Source of the DNA: Octopus vulgaris | Taxonomy: Eukaryota | NCBI GenBank assembly: GCA_951406725.2 | Contig: OX597820.1 | Coordinates: forward strand, 4,650,001-4,714,000 | Length of the DNA stretch: 64,000 nucleotides | Direction: 5' to 3' | Shown here: positions 25,361 through 38,587 of the stretch, in pieces | How the letters are laid out: each line of letters begins with the position of its first letter | Position numbering within the stretch: the first letter of the stretch is position 1 | Program-made: the position numbers and the translations under genes | The notes under the pieces: model-generated | The model's input: only the letters and a program-made list of their open reading frames with translations | The model's database searches: none | What the model was told of the DNA's origin: nothing

Positions 25361-25949
25361 TGTGGTCCTGAACGTATTTTTCTTCCATCGTCTATGTAGC
25401 CATCACACCAAGCAATGAATCTGATGTGTGTGTGCGCACGCGCAGACAAGAATATATACTCAAATATGTATGCGTAATGTTCCACAATGTCAGTGAAACA
25501 CAGCTCTCCTGTAGATGCCGAATACATGGAAGACAAGATTAATGTTTGTAACGTAAACTTTCCTAATCCTATTTCAATGTTGTTCCGACACACAGTGAAT
25601 AGATCAAACCAATCAGACACGTGACTATCCCTATATATTATGCTTTCAGGGAAATCTCAGACTATGTGGTTATGGTCAAACGCTGAGTATACCCGTTCCA
25701 TTTATGTGACATAACTATCAACCGAGACGTTCTGGCAGTGTTGCGTGACAAACGACATTTCCTTACTCGTTTATTTTACTCTCAATAACAATCTAAATTA
25801 AATCTTGTGGCATTTATCATAATCTATAATTTATTAATAAAAAGCAATAAAGGCAAATATTTATATTTACGAAGACCTAAAACGACATGCATACCAGGGT
25901 AAAAACTCACAAAGTGTTGCTATATACCCTTTAAATGTATCGAACATTT

Positions 25950-26220
25950 ATTTGTTTCAGTCATTGGACTGTGGACATGCTGAAGTGCCGCCTTGAAGGG
26001 TTTTAGTTGAGGGATGTAAACCAACCAACACCTGTTGTCAAGTGGTGAGGAGACAGTGACAGATAAACAGACACACAGTTTCTGTCTGCCAAATCCACTC
26101 CGAAGTCTTTGGTCGGCTCGGGGCTATCGTAGGAGATACTTGCCCAAGGTGTCACGCAGTGTGGGACTGAACCTAAAACAACGTGAATGGGGAAACAAAC
26201 TACCTACCACACAGCCACAA
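25950..26220 (-). mobile_element. SINE-A, diverged
   Basis: ttgtttcagtcattggactgtgg...gatacttgcccaaggtgtcacgcagt...accacacagcca. Confidence 0.7.
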
Positions 26221-26356
26221 TCGAGGAAATCTTTTATTTTTGAAATATTTGAAAGTGTGTTATACAAGAAACATTGAGAGGCATCAGGACCACAACACAG
26301 CATTTACAACACGCAAAAACAAACTTAGCAAACGTTAATTTAATTAAAATTTATAA

Positions 26357-26587
26357 GGCGGCGAGCTGGCAGAAACGTTAGCGTGCCGAGCGAAATGCGT
26401 AGCCGTATTTCGTCTGCCGTTACGTTCTGAGTTCAAATTCCGCCGAGGTCGACTTTGCCTTTCATCCTTTCGGGGTCGATAAATAAAGTACCAGTTACGC
26501 ACTGGGGTCGATATAATCGGCTTAATCCCTTTGTCTGTCCTTGTTTGTCCTCTCTGTGTTTAGCCCCTTGTGGGTAGTAAAGATAAG
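26357..26587 (+). mobile_element. Full-length SINE-B with TSD
   Basis: Flanked by ATTTAATTAAAAT at 26338-26350 and 26588-26600. Confidence 0.9.
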
Positions 26588-26929
26588 ATTTAATTAAAAT
26601 GTATGTTGTTTTTTTTTAAATTTAAATATTTAAAAACTAGAAAACGAATCGTGAAGTTCCTTGATTTGTGGTAATGGGTGGCCATAGCATTGGGAACCAT
26701 TGGCGGCGATGACTCTCACGTCAGGTCGTAATTGTAACAGAAGACAGGGCCAATGTTTATGGGTCTCGTAAATACTGACAGCTTTTTCTTTATTTATTAA
26801 GGAGAAGGAGAACAGTAATATTTCACGAGTAATATTTAATTTAATACTTCCAGAATATGCTCCAGTCTTTCCCGGTTGTTCATTCACATAACCCCTCCCC
26901 TCGCACACACACATATCCACTCCACAACA

Positions 26930-27170
26930 TCAAGTGTTATCTTTACATTATTTGCATTTGACGGATATTTGTCCTCGTCTCGTTTGTTGTTAACACAACG
27001 CTTCGGCTGATGTACCCTCCAGCTTTCATCAGGTGTCTTGGGGAAATTTCGAACCTGAGTTCTCATTCTTATGGTATTTTTCGATGTTACTATTATTCAC
27101 TGCCTTGAATCGAACTCAGAATCTTGGGGTTAGTAGCCCGCGCTCTTAACCACTACGCCAGATCCCCGTG
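26930..27170 (-). mobile_element. tRNA-headed element carrying a hammerhead motif
   Basis: Box A TGGCGTAGTGG (27160-27150), box B GAGTTCGATTC (27117-27107), then GACAC CTGATGA AA GCTG..CAGC C GAAGC GTT GTGTT (27037-26992). Confidence 0.7.
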
Positions 27171-27298
27171 GACAAAATTAGGGATTTGTTAAGGATTATA
27201 GTTATACACACTTACACATACACCCACAGAGCCAAAACAGTTCCATTTCCTGAATATGTGAATTACATTCTAGTGTAACATTTGTGGATTTTCACTGC

Positions 27299-27338
27299 TA
27301 ATATGTATGATGACGATGGACTGTCGAAACGTCGTGTT
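27299..27338 (+). ncRNA. Degenerate minimal hammerhead motif
   Basis: ATGATGA C GAT GGACT GTC GAAAC GTC GTGTT; first core C replaced by A; weak stems. Confidence 0.4.
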
Positions 27339-27699
27339 GATATTTATTTTAAACACTAAATATTCTAAATATATACACTAACTACTATTTATATATACAT
27401 ACTAAATACTGTAGACTTAATGAACACATGATTTGCTTCTGATGACTTTATCATCATGGGGAGGTAATTATTTCAAGGTTTAATTAAGTTGAAGAACATG
27501 CATTTGTAATTTCTTTTACATAAAAAATAAAATAAAATAAGTTCTTAAACTAATTATTATAAATATACGCTCTACATACTGGAAATATTTCGTTTTTGGA
27601 GAGTCAAAACTATTGAAAAGGTTGCAAAACGCAACGAAAATTTTAGGACAATAAAAATAAGAAAAAAGTGGAAATTTTGCCGGTGAGTGTGTTACATAA

Positions 27700-28130
27700 T
27701 AAGGCACAAAAAGAAAATGACTCTTCCCAGACATAACAGAATACTGGAAATACTATTTAGTTTATCTGTTCGTGTAGTAGTGACTTCGATTCTGACCGAC
27801 GTGTTAGCGAAGAGATTGGTGATTGTTATCAGCGGTCGAAGAAACGCAGAAGTGCACGATCCTGAGCAGGTGTATCGCTGGCAACCTCCACCGCAACTTC
27901 CACCTCATGCAGTGTATCAGAAAGGAAACAGGGCTGGCTTTGGTGAAACCTTGAGAAATGTGGCTCAGACGAAATTCTTTCGATAAGGTTGGCAGCCTTT
28001 CTTAAAGCGACCGGTTTCACAGGCTGCATCATTGCAATTCGCAGCGGGATTTGCTCTGTTGTCAAAATAAACGGCCCGCATTCAATCCAATCCATCAGAG
28101 GTGTCCTGTCACGTGTATTGGTTTTCTTGA
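27700..28130 (-). mobile_element. Possible degenerate integrase-type (Ginger-like) transposon relic
   Basis: Stop-interrupted minus frame ends GGSCGGGCQRYTCSGSCTS, reminiscent of the Cys-rich C-termini of Ginger/KRBA2-like integrases; weak. Confidence 0.25.
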
Positions 28131-28379
28131 CCAGTGATTCTCAACCTTTTTAATATCCAGGTCAGATCTGAAACTAGATTTTTTAGGAATCTGCACAAAA
28201 AAAAAAATTAAAAATTAAAACACGAGTCAGTTAAAGAAAAAAATTATTATACTTATAGAAAGAAGCCCATTGGAGTGGGGTGTTGGAAGTATGCTTGAGG
28301 GCCACATGCAGTCCTGGGAGCCGCATTTGTGAACCGCTGCTCTAGACACTTCAATGGAAGATTGGACAGTTGACAAGCA

Positions 28380-28780
28380 TTGACGAACCGTATCGATATA
28401 CGCAGATGACGTCACCGTCGTCTTATTGGAGATTGGAGACCATCGATCTACACAGCGGTCTGCACCGTTCAGAAAGAACACGGATCAATGGAAGGAGCAA
28501 AAATAACCTAGACAGATCGGTGGACTCGTAGCTCGACACCCAGAGAGGCAGGTGTCTGCCGTCCGTCAGAGAGTGCCGTGGGATGTTGGACAGACGTCCC
28601 GGTTTAACCTGCTCGAAGCCTGGTTCAGATCGCCCTCGAGGTGAACAGGCACGGAGACGAGGTTACGATCAGGATGGCTAGCTTCACTTAGAAATGGACC
28701 TGGAGGAAAATGGGATGAAATGACGAAAGCTTACATCTCTTCAGTCCTAATTTACCAACTGATCTTCATCTCTTGACCAT
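28380..28780 (+). mobile_element. Tx1/L1-group reverse transcriptase relic
   Basis: VSIYADDVTVVL with YADD at 28399-28410, followed by frameshifted GAKI...VGCWTD remnants. Confidence 0.7.
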
Positions 28781-28885
28781 GGGGTCTGCTCTTCCGTTTT
28801 CTGTGGAAGGGATACATTCCATTGGATGTGTGTGTGTGTATATATGTATGTTTTTTGTATGTGTTTATGTTTGAGTATTTGTGTG

Positions 28886-28927
<42 letters not shown>

Positions 28928-28966
28928 ATTCATGCTTTTGTTTATGCATCTATATTATATATTTCC

Positions 28967-28998
<32 letters not shown>

Positions 28999-29007
28999 AC
29001 ATATATA

Positions 29008-29645
29008 AGCGCAGGTGTGGTTGTGTGGTAAGAAGCTTGCTTCCAAACCACATGGTTCCGGATTCAGTCCCACTGCGTGGGACCTTGGGAAAGTGTCTTC
29101 TACTATAGCCTCAGGCCAACCAAAGCCTTGTAAGTGGATTTGGTAGACGGAAACTGAAAGAAGCCCTTCGTGTATATATATAAACGTAGAGTAGATGAAA
29201 CCATGGCGACTGAAGAACGGTTTTTTTTTCTTGTGTTATTTGTCCTGTACTCTATTTTTTTGTTGTTTAAGAAAAATGTCCAGTTCCTTGGGTTTGTGTC
29301 TATGTTTTCGTTTCTCATTGTGTTCGACGTTTTTTTGGTGTCCTGTACTCATATATGCGTGTATATATACATGTAGAGGTAGGTACGTACATATATATAT
29401 GCATATGTTTTATTTATGTATATATATATATATGTATATATCTGTTTATGGATATATGTGTGTGTGTGTGTGTCTGTTCGTCCCTCACCATTGTATGATA
29501 ACCGATGTAACTTAGCGATTCGGCAAAAGAAAACGATGGAATAAGTACTACGCTTACAGAGAATAAGTCTTGGGGTCGATTTGTTCGACTGAAGGCGGTG
29601 CTCCAGCATGGCCACAGTCAAATGACTGAAACAAAATAAAAGAAA
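29008..29645 (+). mobile_element. SINE-A interrupted in its central microsatellite by a ~165-bp T-rich insert
   Basis: Head 29008-29170, insert about 29185-29350, tail 29460-29645. Confidence 0.75.
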
Positions 29646-30210
29646 AAAATATGTATTTTTTTTTATTGAATCTCATTTGACCTCTCTCTCTTTCTCTCTC
29701 CCTACCTCCCTCTTACTCTCTTTCTCTCTCTCCCTACCTCCCTCTTACTCTCTTTTTCCCTTCCTCCCTCTCTCTCCCTCACGCATTTATGGTGTGACGA
29801 TTGTTTGCCGCCGTGTTGGTCGGGCGAATAGCAGCAGAAAGGCTGTTGCCGTGTCCATAGCATCCCATCACAACTTCCTAATTGTTCCGTTTCGTTAGCC
29901 TGGAAGTGTTTGTCCACGGCATCTTTCCCCCCTCCTTCTACACACACCTCTTGTCCCCTTCTCCCTCATCCTGCTCCTCCGTAACCACTACATAAACATA
30001 CATGCACGCTCACACACACACACAAACACATACACGTTCATATGGTCCTGCATCTGCATACACACGACACACGGATGCTTAGACTCGCATATATATACAT
30101 ATATACACAACCTCTCTCTCTCTCTCTCTTCCTCTCTCTTCCTCATACACGACTGCAAGTAACTACACAGTGAAGTCAGAGAGGCATGCATTCACATACA
30201 CACGGCTCTG

Positions 30211-30257
<47 letters not shown>

Positions 30258-30500
30258 CACCCACACGCGTTCCTACACGCGCACGGTCCGTTATACACAC
30301 GTCCGATGGAACGCGCGCAAAAACTGGCGCGTTTCCACGTAAACACGTGCGCAAACATATATGGATGGCAGTGGTTGGCGCGCGCAAACACGCACAAAAA
30401 AGGGAGCTATGGTTATCCCCTGTATTACTCGGTGCACGCTGTATCAACATGCCTACCGTCCGGCAACCTTATAAATCGGGTTACGCTAATTCTTGTTATC

Positions 30501-30638
30501 GACTTTGCCTTTCATCCTTTCGGGGGTCGATAAATTAAGTACCAGTTACGCACTGGGGTCGATGTAATCGACTTAATACCTATGTCTGTCCTTGTTTGTC
30601 CCCTCTGTGTTTATCCCCTTGTGGGCAGTAAAGAAATA
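30501..30638 (+). mobile_element. 5'-truncated SINE-B with 16-bp TSD
   Basis: GCTAATTCTTGTTATC (30485-30500) and GCTAAGTCTTGTCATC (30639-30654), 2 mismatches. Confidence 0.85.
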
Positions 30639-31435
30639 GCTAAGTCTTGTCATCCAGCAAAGACGTTCCAAGCATGACTATCACGTCTGTTTTTTTTTTC
30701 GGGGACGCTATCAAAGACTCCATTGCCGATTAGTTCGACGAAAATTCTTCAGAGCAGTGCTCCAGCGTGGCCGCAAGACCTGTGCCTGAAACGAGTAAAA
30801 CTTAAAAAAAGCATTGTACAAAAAAAAAACAAACAAAAACAGAAGCCCTTCCTTAAAGACGTTAGGGTGTTATGGCTGCTTTTTCTAGCAAATGAATCGA
30901 CCACCTGGTTGTGCCTCCCCCCTCCTCCTCCTCCGCCGCCCTCTCGGTGGTGGTGGTGGTCGGGGGGTGGAGTGGAGGTAATGCGTTTAAACAAGCCCTG
31001 TTCTCGTCTAAGCGTTTCCCCCTCTTCCTTCCGTTTCACCTTCTACTTTCTTCCTACTTGTAGTATTGCTGTACACTTTAGAGAAGACGGCCGACGACAG
31101 CTGATGCCGTTCACACACACACACGCACACACACACACGCACACACACGTACACACGCACGCACACACACCTCTTTCTCGCTCGCTCTCTCGCACTTTCA
31201 TTGCACACCCGCAACGTTACACACACACACACACACACACACACGAGAGAGAGATAGAGATAGAGAGAAAGAGGGAGGGAGGGAGAGATGCGTATATCTT
31301 CACACACACACACACGCATCATTGTATAAACACGCAGGCGCGCACTTGCATTTCTGCTTTCACCTATGCATAGATGTATGTGTGTGTGTTCGTAGACCTC
31401 TCTCTCTCTCTCTACACACACACACATACATACAT

Positions 31436-31479
<44 letters not shown>

Positions 31480-31602
31480 CCATAGCGGATCTATTTCTAG
31501 CATAAGGGTGTCCATATAGTGGTTTCCCTCTAATATGTATGTATATATATACATACATATTACATACATACATACATATGTATGTATATATATACATACA
31601 TA

Positions 31603-31641
<39 letters not shown>

Positions 31642-31870
31642 AATATATATATATATATATATGTATACATACATACACATATATATGTATGTATACATAC
31701 ATACACATATATATGTATGTATACATACATACACACATATACATATATGTATGTATACATACATATATACATATATATGTATACATGCACACATACAAAA
31801 GTGTGTTTGAGTCGCTGCTGGGAGTTATAGTTTCCGATTCTCACTAAAAGTATTGAGTCCTTTTTTCTCG

Positions 31871-31913
<43 letters not shown>

Positions 31914-31937
31914 GTTCAAATATATATATATATATAC

Positions 31938-31984
<47 letters not shown>

Positions 31985-32034
31985 CATACATACATACATA
32001 CATGTAAGTGTATATATATAAATATATATATATA

Positions 32035-32068
<34 letters not shown>

Positions 32069-32416
32069 GGGTGGGGGCATATAATGTAGTCTCCGCATGC
32101 ACACACACACACACACACATATATATACACACAAACGCATGCATTGTGTGTGTGTGTGTAGTTAATGTAAGCAATTAAAGTTGTAATGCGTTGTTTTCCA
32201 TTTTCCACATGAATGGTTTGTGATGTCGGCCACCCACTCTCGCTCGATATTCTACTGTTCAATGGTAGCAGCGGTGGTGTGTATAATGTGTATGGGTATA
32301 TATGTGTGTGTGTGTGTATAAACACGAACATAAGACAATACAATAAACACGCGTACCAGAATTGCATTTCTATTTTCATGTATATATATTTGCGCGCGTT
32401 TGTATGTATATATAAT

Positions 32417-32527
<111 letters not shown>

Positions 32528-32979
32528 TCGCGTACTTGTGTGAAGTTGCTGTGTTTCGCTTACATAATTTCATGTGTATGAAAGTCGTTACTCTCAGACT
32601 TGTGTGCGTGAATCTCTCTCTGTACCTGTATGTATGTATGTATGTATGTGTGTGTGTGTGTACGTATGTATGTATGTATGTATGTATGTATGTATGTATG
32701 TGTGTGTAAAGTACTTTTGTGTATGCATGTGCGTATGTCTGTGTTCGTGTGTGTGTGTCTATATACCTATGTATAGACACCTTAATCGCTTCTACTGTTG
32801 TAAATAGAATCAGTTGAGTGCTCGTAAAACAAGTGCCTTTACGTTTAAAGTTCAAATCCCGCGGTCGTCAGTTTTATTTTTTTGTCCGTCATGGTTCGCG
32901 AGACTTACACAGTAAAGTCAATGCAGTTTGACCGGCCTTTCGCTTCTAACATTGTACGCCTTGTGTCTATAGTAGAGAC

Positions 32980-33036
<57 letters not shown>

Positions 33037-33530
33037 CTTTTATTTTTTCTTCTTTCAAATTTGCTTCCATTTCTTGCCGGGTGTCTTCCCGACTCCTAGG
33101 GCAAAGAAACTCATAGTATACATTGGTAGGCCATTAAACTAGACTCAATAGTTCGTTCATTTTATTTTTTTTTTAAGGTTAAATTAAAATACATGGGTAG
33201 TAATAATTCTCACATCGACAATGCTCTTCTCAATACGTGTGATGTACCAGTTAAGACAATCTTTTGCACTTCTTGCAGGGATGGTAAGCCAGGGATCATT
33301 CTCATATAATTTTCGGTTCCCTTCTTGATCATTCCTAGTGCTCCTACGATCACTGGTATTGTAACCACCTTGAGATGCCACGTTTTCTCAATTTCAATGA
33401 GCAGGTCTTTATATTTTCTGAGCTTGTCAAACTCTTTCGCTGAGATATTATGATCACAGGGGATGCTCATGTCGATCAATAAGCAAACTTTATTGTTTTG
33501 GTCTTTCACGACAATATCTGGTTTATTGGC
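33037..33530 (-). mobile_element. 5'-truncated R4/Dong-clade non-LTR retrotransposon (restriction-like endonuclease C-terminus and 3' UTR)
   Basis: Open frame ANKPDIVVKDQNNKVCLLIDMSIPCDHNISAKEFDKLRKYKDL...IPVIVGALG...LRRALSM* (33530-33210) carries the KPD..D..K..KY and P.IVGALG RLE motifs; flanked on both sides by (TAA)n. Confidence 0.85.
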
Positions 33531-33562
33531 TTATTATTATTATTATTATTATTATTAAAAAT

Positions 33563-33990
33563 GGGCGGCGAGCTGGCAGAATGGTTAGCGCACTGGACGA
33601 AATACTTAGCGCTATTTCGCCCGTCACAACGTTCTCAGTTCAAATTCCGTTGAGGTCGACTTTGCTCTTTCATCCTCTCGGGGTAGATAACATTAGATAC
33701 CAGTCAAGTACTAGGGTCGATGTAATCGACTAGCCCCCCCCCCCCTCACTACAAGATCTCAACCCTTCTGCCTTTAATAGGAAGAATTATTATTGCTCTC
33801 AGGGCAGCGAGCTGACAGAATTGGTGGCATCATTTGTTCTGTCTTTATGTTCTGGGTAATGACGGAAGAAATTTGCCTTTCATTCATTCGGTTCGATAGA
33901 TTAAGTACCAGTCATATACCGGGGCCAACGTAACCGACTCACACCCCCACCTCTGAAATTGCTAGCTTTGTGACAAAGTTTGAAGCCAGT
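33563..33990 (+). mobile_element. Two SINE-B copies (older variants)
   Basis: ggcggcgagctggcagaa head at 33564 and a second ggcagcgagctgacagaa head at about 33803. Confidence 0.75.
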
Positions 33991-34256
33991 GTTATTTTTT
34001 TATTCGACAGAAAACAGAAAGCAAAACGCGAGAAGACACGATTTCGATGTCTTGGATGTGGTGCGATGATATCGGAGAACAGATCGGGGAACGGCGCGGT
34101 GGGGCAGTATAAATGAGAAATCAATAAAAGCAGTAAAGGACACAGATATACCAGCATCTGTCTGTCTGTCTGTCTGTCTGTCCATACGAACAGACACATC
34201 GATGATGAGTATCGACTCAATACTAACCACTACTTATTAATGAGCAGCAAAGCGAA

Positions 34257-34639
34257 TGGAGGCGCAATGGTTAGGGCAGCGGACTCGCGGTCGGAGGGTC
34301 GCGGATTCGATTCCCAGACCGGGCGTTGTGTGTGTTTATTGAGCGGAAACACCTAAAAGCTCCACGAGGCTCCGGCAGGGCGTGGGTGGCGACCCCTGTT
34401 GTACTCTTTCGCTCCAACTTCTTCTCACTCTTTCTTCCTGTTTCTTGATCCCCGACTTCCTACGCAACCGCTGAGCATGGATGCGCATTCATCCATCCGA
34501 CGATGCTCTCGGCGTCGGGGGTTGACCTGCTTTCTCTTCTGCAGGTCTTACGAATAGCAAAGGACCACGTTTCGGACTTCTCCCACTACAGAGGCGCGAT
34601 CATGCAAGCCCTGGGAAGAAGACAGCTTCGCTCAACATC
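34257..34639 (+). mobile_element. tRNA-derived SINE family C with 14-bp TSD; probable RTE-derived tail
   Basis: AGCAGCAAAGCGAA at 34243-34256 and 34640-34653; head tggttagggcagcggactcgcggtcggagggtcgcggattcgattcc; 3' part cgtttcggacttctcccactacagaggcgc loosely recalls the RTE RIGL.SH.RR end. Confidence 0.8.
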
Positions 34640-35111
34640 AGCAGCAAAGCGAAGCTGACTTTTCAACGCAACTGCATAATACAGAGTTTCGCGGCGGCGA
34701 TCTAATAAACGTCTCCTCTCTGTTATATGCTCTGCAGAATCACGATGTTACTCTGTACAAGGTATTTGACTTTTTTAACGTCAAACGAAAAAGAAAAAAC
34801 TGTTTTGGCACAGGTACAAACCGAACTTGTTGTTTGCCTTGTGCCATTTTATGCCCGTGAATTAACAATTCCACAAATAGAAAATGATAAAAAAAAAGAA
34901 ACAGGTGCCAGTCTTGAGTACGTGGTAGGGTCGAAGTGGTCGGTTGAAAAAAAATCCTTCAAGATGAACTCCAGCATGGCCACTGCTTAGCAATTGACCC
35001 TCAATAAAAGAGTAAAAGTATATATGCACACGCAGACTTACATGTAACCACACACGCACGTATGATATATATATATATACACACACACATATACACATGT
35101 GTGTGTGTGTG

Positions 35112-35460
35112 TAGGCGTGGCTACGTGGCAAGAAGTTTGCGTTGCAGCCACATGACTCTTGGTTCAGTCCTACAAATGGTTTCTATCTTTGAGTGGAATT
35201 GTTGGGTGGAAACTGAAAGAAGCCCTTCGTTTGTATATGCATATATGTGTGCGTGTCTTTGTCTTCCACCACTACTTGACAACCGGTGTCGGTTAGTTTA
35301 CGTCCCTGTAACGTAGCGGCTCGGCAATAGAGACCGGTAGAGTAAGTGCCAGGCTTTAATTAAATAAGTACTGGGGGTCGATTCGTTCGATTACAAAGCC
35401 TTCAAAGCGGTGCTCCAGCAAGGCCGCAGTCTAATGACTAGGCCATGTAAAAGATAAAAA
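35112..35460 (+). mobile_element. SINE-A, internally deleted
   Basis: ggcgtggctacgtggcaag...gcggtgctccagcaaggccgcagtc. Confidence 0.75.
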
Positions 35461-35569
35461 TTTAATAAAAAAAGTAAAAAGTTTCTAATAAGTTTTTCCT
35501 AGGTTCCATGTTTGTTACTTCCCCTCCTCCACACCCTACTTTAGGGATTTCTTAAGAATTTGTTGTTGT

Positions 35570-35862
35570 TGTTTGTTCCGTCTCAAGCCATGCCTGGCTC
35601 ATAAGGGCTGGCTTCCTGGTTTCATTAGCGTACAGGTACCCCACCTGGACGGGACATTGGTTCATTACAGGTGAGCTGCTAGATGCGGGAGGAAAGACTG
35701 AGAAAAAAATTTGTGGCGAAAGGGTCAGCAGAGGTTCGCCATTACCTTTTGCCGGAACCGCGTGGAGCTTTTAGGTGTTTCGCTCATAAACACACACATC
35801 GCCCGGTCTGAGATTCGAACCCACGAGTCCGCTACTCTAACCACTAAGGCATGTGCCTCCAC
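35570..35862 (-). mobile_element. SINE-C-related copy with a different 3' part
   Basis: cgtggagcttttaggtgtttcgctcataaacacacacatcgcccggtctgagattcgaacc matches the SINE-C head in reverse. Confidence 0.7.
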
Positions 35863-36802
35863 TCTTAGGAATTTACTGACGCAAAAAGAAAAAAAAAAGG
35901 GGGGTATCGTGGTAATTTCAATTTGCTAAGCAGATTTTTCCTCCATTCAACGCCTATAACACAGCGTACGCGTTACACACATACACACACCTGAATTGGT
36001 TTGTTTACATTCCCGTAACCTGGCTGTTCGACAAAAGAGATCACTAGAATAACTACAAGGCTTAATAAATACTGGCGTCTCTCTTTTTCGATTAAACTTT
36101 TCAAGGCGGTACTCTAACATGTGTGTGTGTGTATATGTATGTGTGTGTGTATATATGTGTGTGTATATGTGTGTGTGTGTATATATATACATGTGTGTGT
36201 ATATATATATACACACACACAAACTCGCATATGTATCCACACGTACATATATATAATATGTGTGTGTGTGTGTAATATATATATTTATAATGTATATATA
36301 TACACCCACCCGCATGCATAGGGACGCGAGCGATGTGCAATGACCCTTGCACTTGTACACACACACACGTGTGTGTGTGTATGCACAGATATGTGCACCT
36401 ATGTGTTTATGCATATATATATATATATTCTATTGATACGTGTGTGCGTTGGATTTCCGTATTTTGACGATACGGAGTCTGTGGTACAGTCAACGGAATT
36501 AACGTCTAAGTGGTTGAATATACCTCTGACACATCTTCCTTTCATATAATTCTCTAGCAGAAGCTGTGTTGCACTGAGCGACAAAGCGGTGCCTTTTGAA
36601 TTCCGATTACAATCCACCCAAGGGGGCTGGGAGGGCTTCTTTACTGTTTCCATCTGCTCAATGTGGGTTAACTCGAGGTTGTAGAAAACGGCACTCGGCC
36701 CGAAATGCCGTGCGATGTGACCGAACCTGGGACATGGTGATTGCAATGCTAATACCTCAATCTGTTGACGCTAGTCCGATAGTGCGCCTGCAGACGTACA
36801 TA

Positions 36803-36845
<43 letters not shown>

Positions 36846-37059
36846 TGTGTGTGATAGATAGCGTGTGTGTGTGTGTGTGCGTTAGTTCGCGAGAGAGTGT
36901 CAACGCTCTCTCCACAGCTCAGACACCGAAAACAATTAGCAGAATCCATTATGAAGCTTTCCAAGTCATCATCGCTTGCGAATGACTGCTGCGCTGTTAG
37001 TTATATACTTACGTGTGTGTGTGTGTGTACGCGTGTGTGTGTATGTGTGTGTGTGTGTA

Positions 37060-38325
37060 GACGCGGTTGTGTGGTAAGAAGCTTGCTTCCCAACCACGTG
37101 TTTCTGGGTTCAGTCCCACTGCGTGACACCTTGGGCAAGTGTCTTCTACTATAGCCTCGGACCGACTAAAGCTTCGTGAGTGGATTTGATAGACGGAAAC
37201 TGAAAGAAGCTCGTCATATATATGTATATATTTCTGTGTCTGTCCCTCACTGCCGCTTGACAGCCGGTGTTAGTGTGTTTGCGTCCCCGTAAACTAGCGG
37301 TTCGGCAAAATAGGCCGATAGAATACGTAGTGGGGTCGATTCATTCTAAAAAATTCTTCAAGGCGGTGCTACAGCATGGCCACAGTCAAATGACTGGAAC
37401 AAATAAGACAAAAAATGTCCAGAGGCTCAGGCTGTGTAGTAAAAAGAATTTGCTTCCCAACCACATGGTTCCGGGTTCAGTCCCACTGCGTGGCACCTTG
37501 GGCAAGTGCCTTCTACTATAGCCACGGGCTGAGCATAACCTTGTCAGTGGATCTGGTAAACGGAAACTGAGAGAAGCCCATCGTGTATCTGTATATGTTT
37601 ATGTGTGTGTGTGTCTGTCTGTTCCCCCACCATCGCTTGACAACCGATGCTGGTGTGTTTACGTCCCCGTCAATTAGCGGTCCAGCAAAAAACGACCGAT
37701 AGAATAAGTACTGGTCTTACAAACAATAAGTCCTGGGTTCCGATTTGTTCGACTAAAGGCGGTGCTGCAGCATGGCCGCAGTCAAATGACTGAAACAAAT
37801 AAGAGAATTAAAGAAACAAATACACACATACGTCTGTCTGTCTGTTCGTCTGTGTGTGCGCGCGCGCGCGATTTGGCGATGCAAATAAGAAAACAACTTA
37901 AAACCAGTGTCTATCGGTTTTTTTGCCGAACCGCTAAGTTACGGGGTCGTAAGCACACCAACATTGGTTCTCAAGCGATGGTTAGGGGACAAATGCAGAC
38001 ACAAAGTGTCTTCTACCATGGCCTCGGGCCGACCAAAGCCTTGTGAGTTGATTTGGGAGGCGGAAACTGAAAGAAGCCCGTCTTGTGTATATATATATTT
38101 TTTTTTTTTTTTTTGTACTTGTTTCAGTCATTTGACTGCGGCCATGCTGGAGCACCGCCTTTAGAGTGGTGAAAGAGTACAGCAGGGATCACCACCTCCT
38201 GCCGGAGCCTCGTGGAGCTTTTAGGTGTTTTTTCGCTCAATAAACACACACAACGCCCGGTCTGGGAATCGAAACCGCGATCCTCCAACCGCAAGTCCGC
38301 TGCCCTAACCACTAAGCCATTGCAT
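37060..38325. mobile_element. Cluster of SINE-A copies and fragments in both orientations plus a SINE-C 5' part
   Basis: Plus copies 37060-37410 and 37422-37820; minus fragment 37915-37995; plus fragment 38005-38085; minus tail 38110-38165; SINE-C (minus) 38165-38325. Confidence 0.8.
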
Positions 38326-38421
38326 ATATATATATATATTTTTTTCAATATGTGACCTCGTGAGTACCGCTGGCGAGTTTTTTCCTCTGTCTTCCCTTCT
38401 CGGGATCTTTCTTTCTCCTAT

Positions 38422-38456
38422 GTTTCCGACGAAGAGCTCCGCTCGAAACGTTAAAC
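38422..38456 (+). ncRNA. Minimal type I hammerhead motif (U4C variant)
   Basis: GTTT CCGACGA A GAGC TCC GCTC GAAAC GTT AAAC; stem I GTTT/AAAC; sister of 11797-11830. Confidence 0.65.
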
Positions 38457-38543
38457 CCTCCTTCTTTCCTGAGCGTCCAATAATACTTTATTTGTTCCAC
38501 GTCCTCGCGTTGCTGTGTTTTTTTTATGTTTTCTTGTTTGGAT

Positions 38544-38587
<44 letters not shown>

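Noticed and set aside
27099-27168. tRNA gene calls for tRNA-like heads (also 34257, 11900, 26357)
   Set aside because: They have A/B boxes but no complete acceptor stem, and they run directly into repeat bodies; they are SINE heads.
33210-33509. 99-aa ORF as a host gene
   Set aside because: It starts at a GTG inside a longer frame and carries the RLE motifs of a non-LTR retrotransposon.
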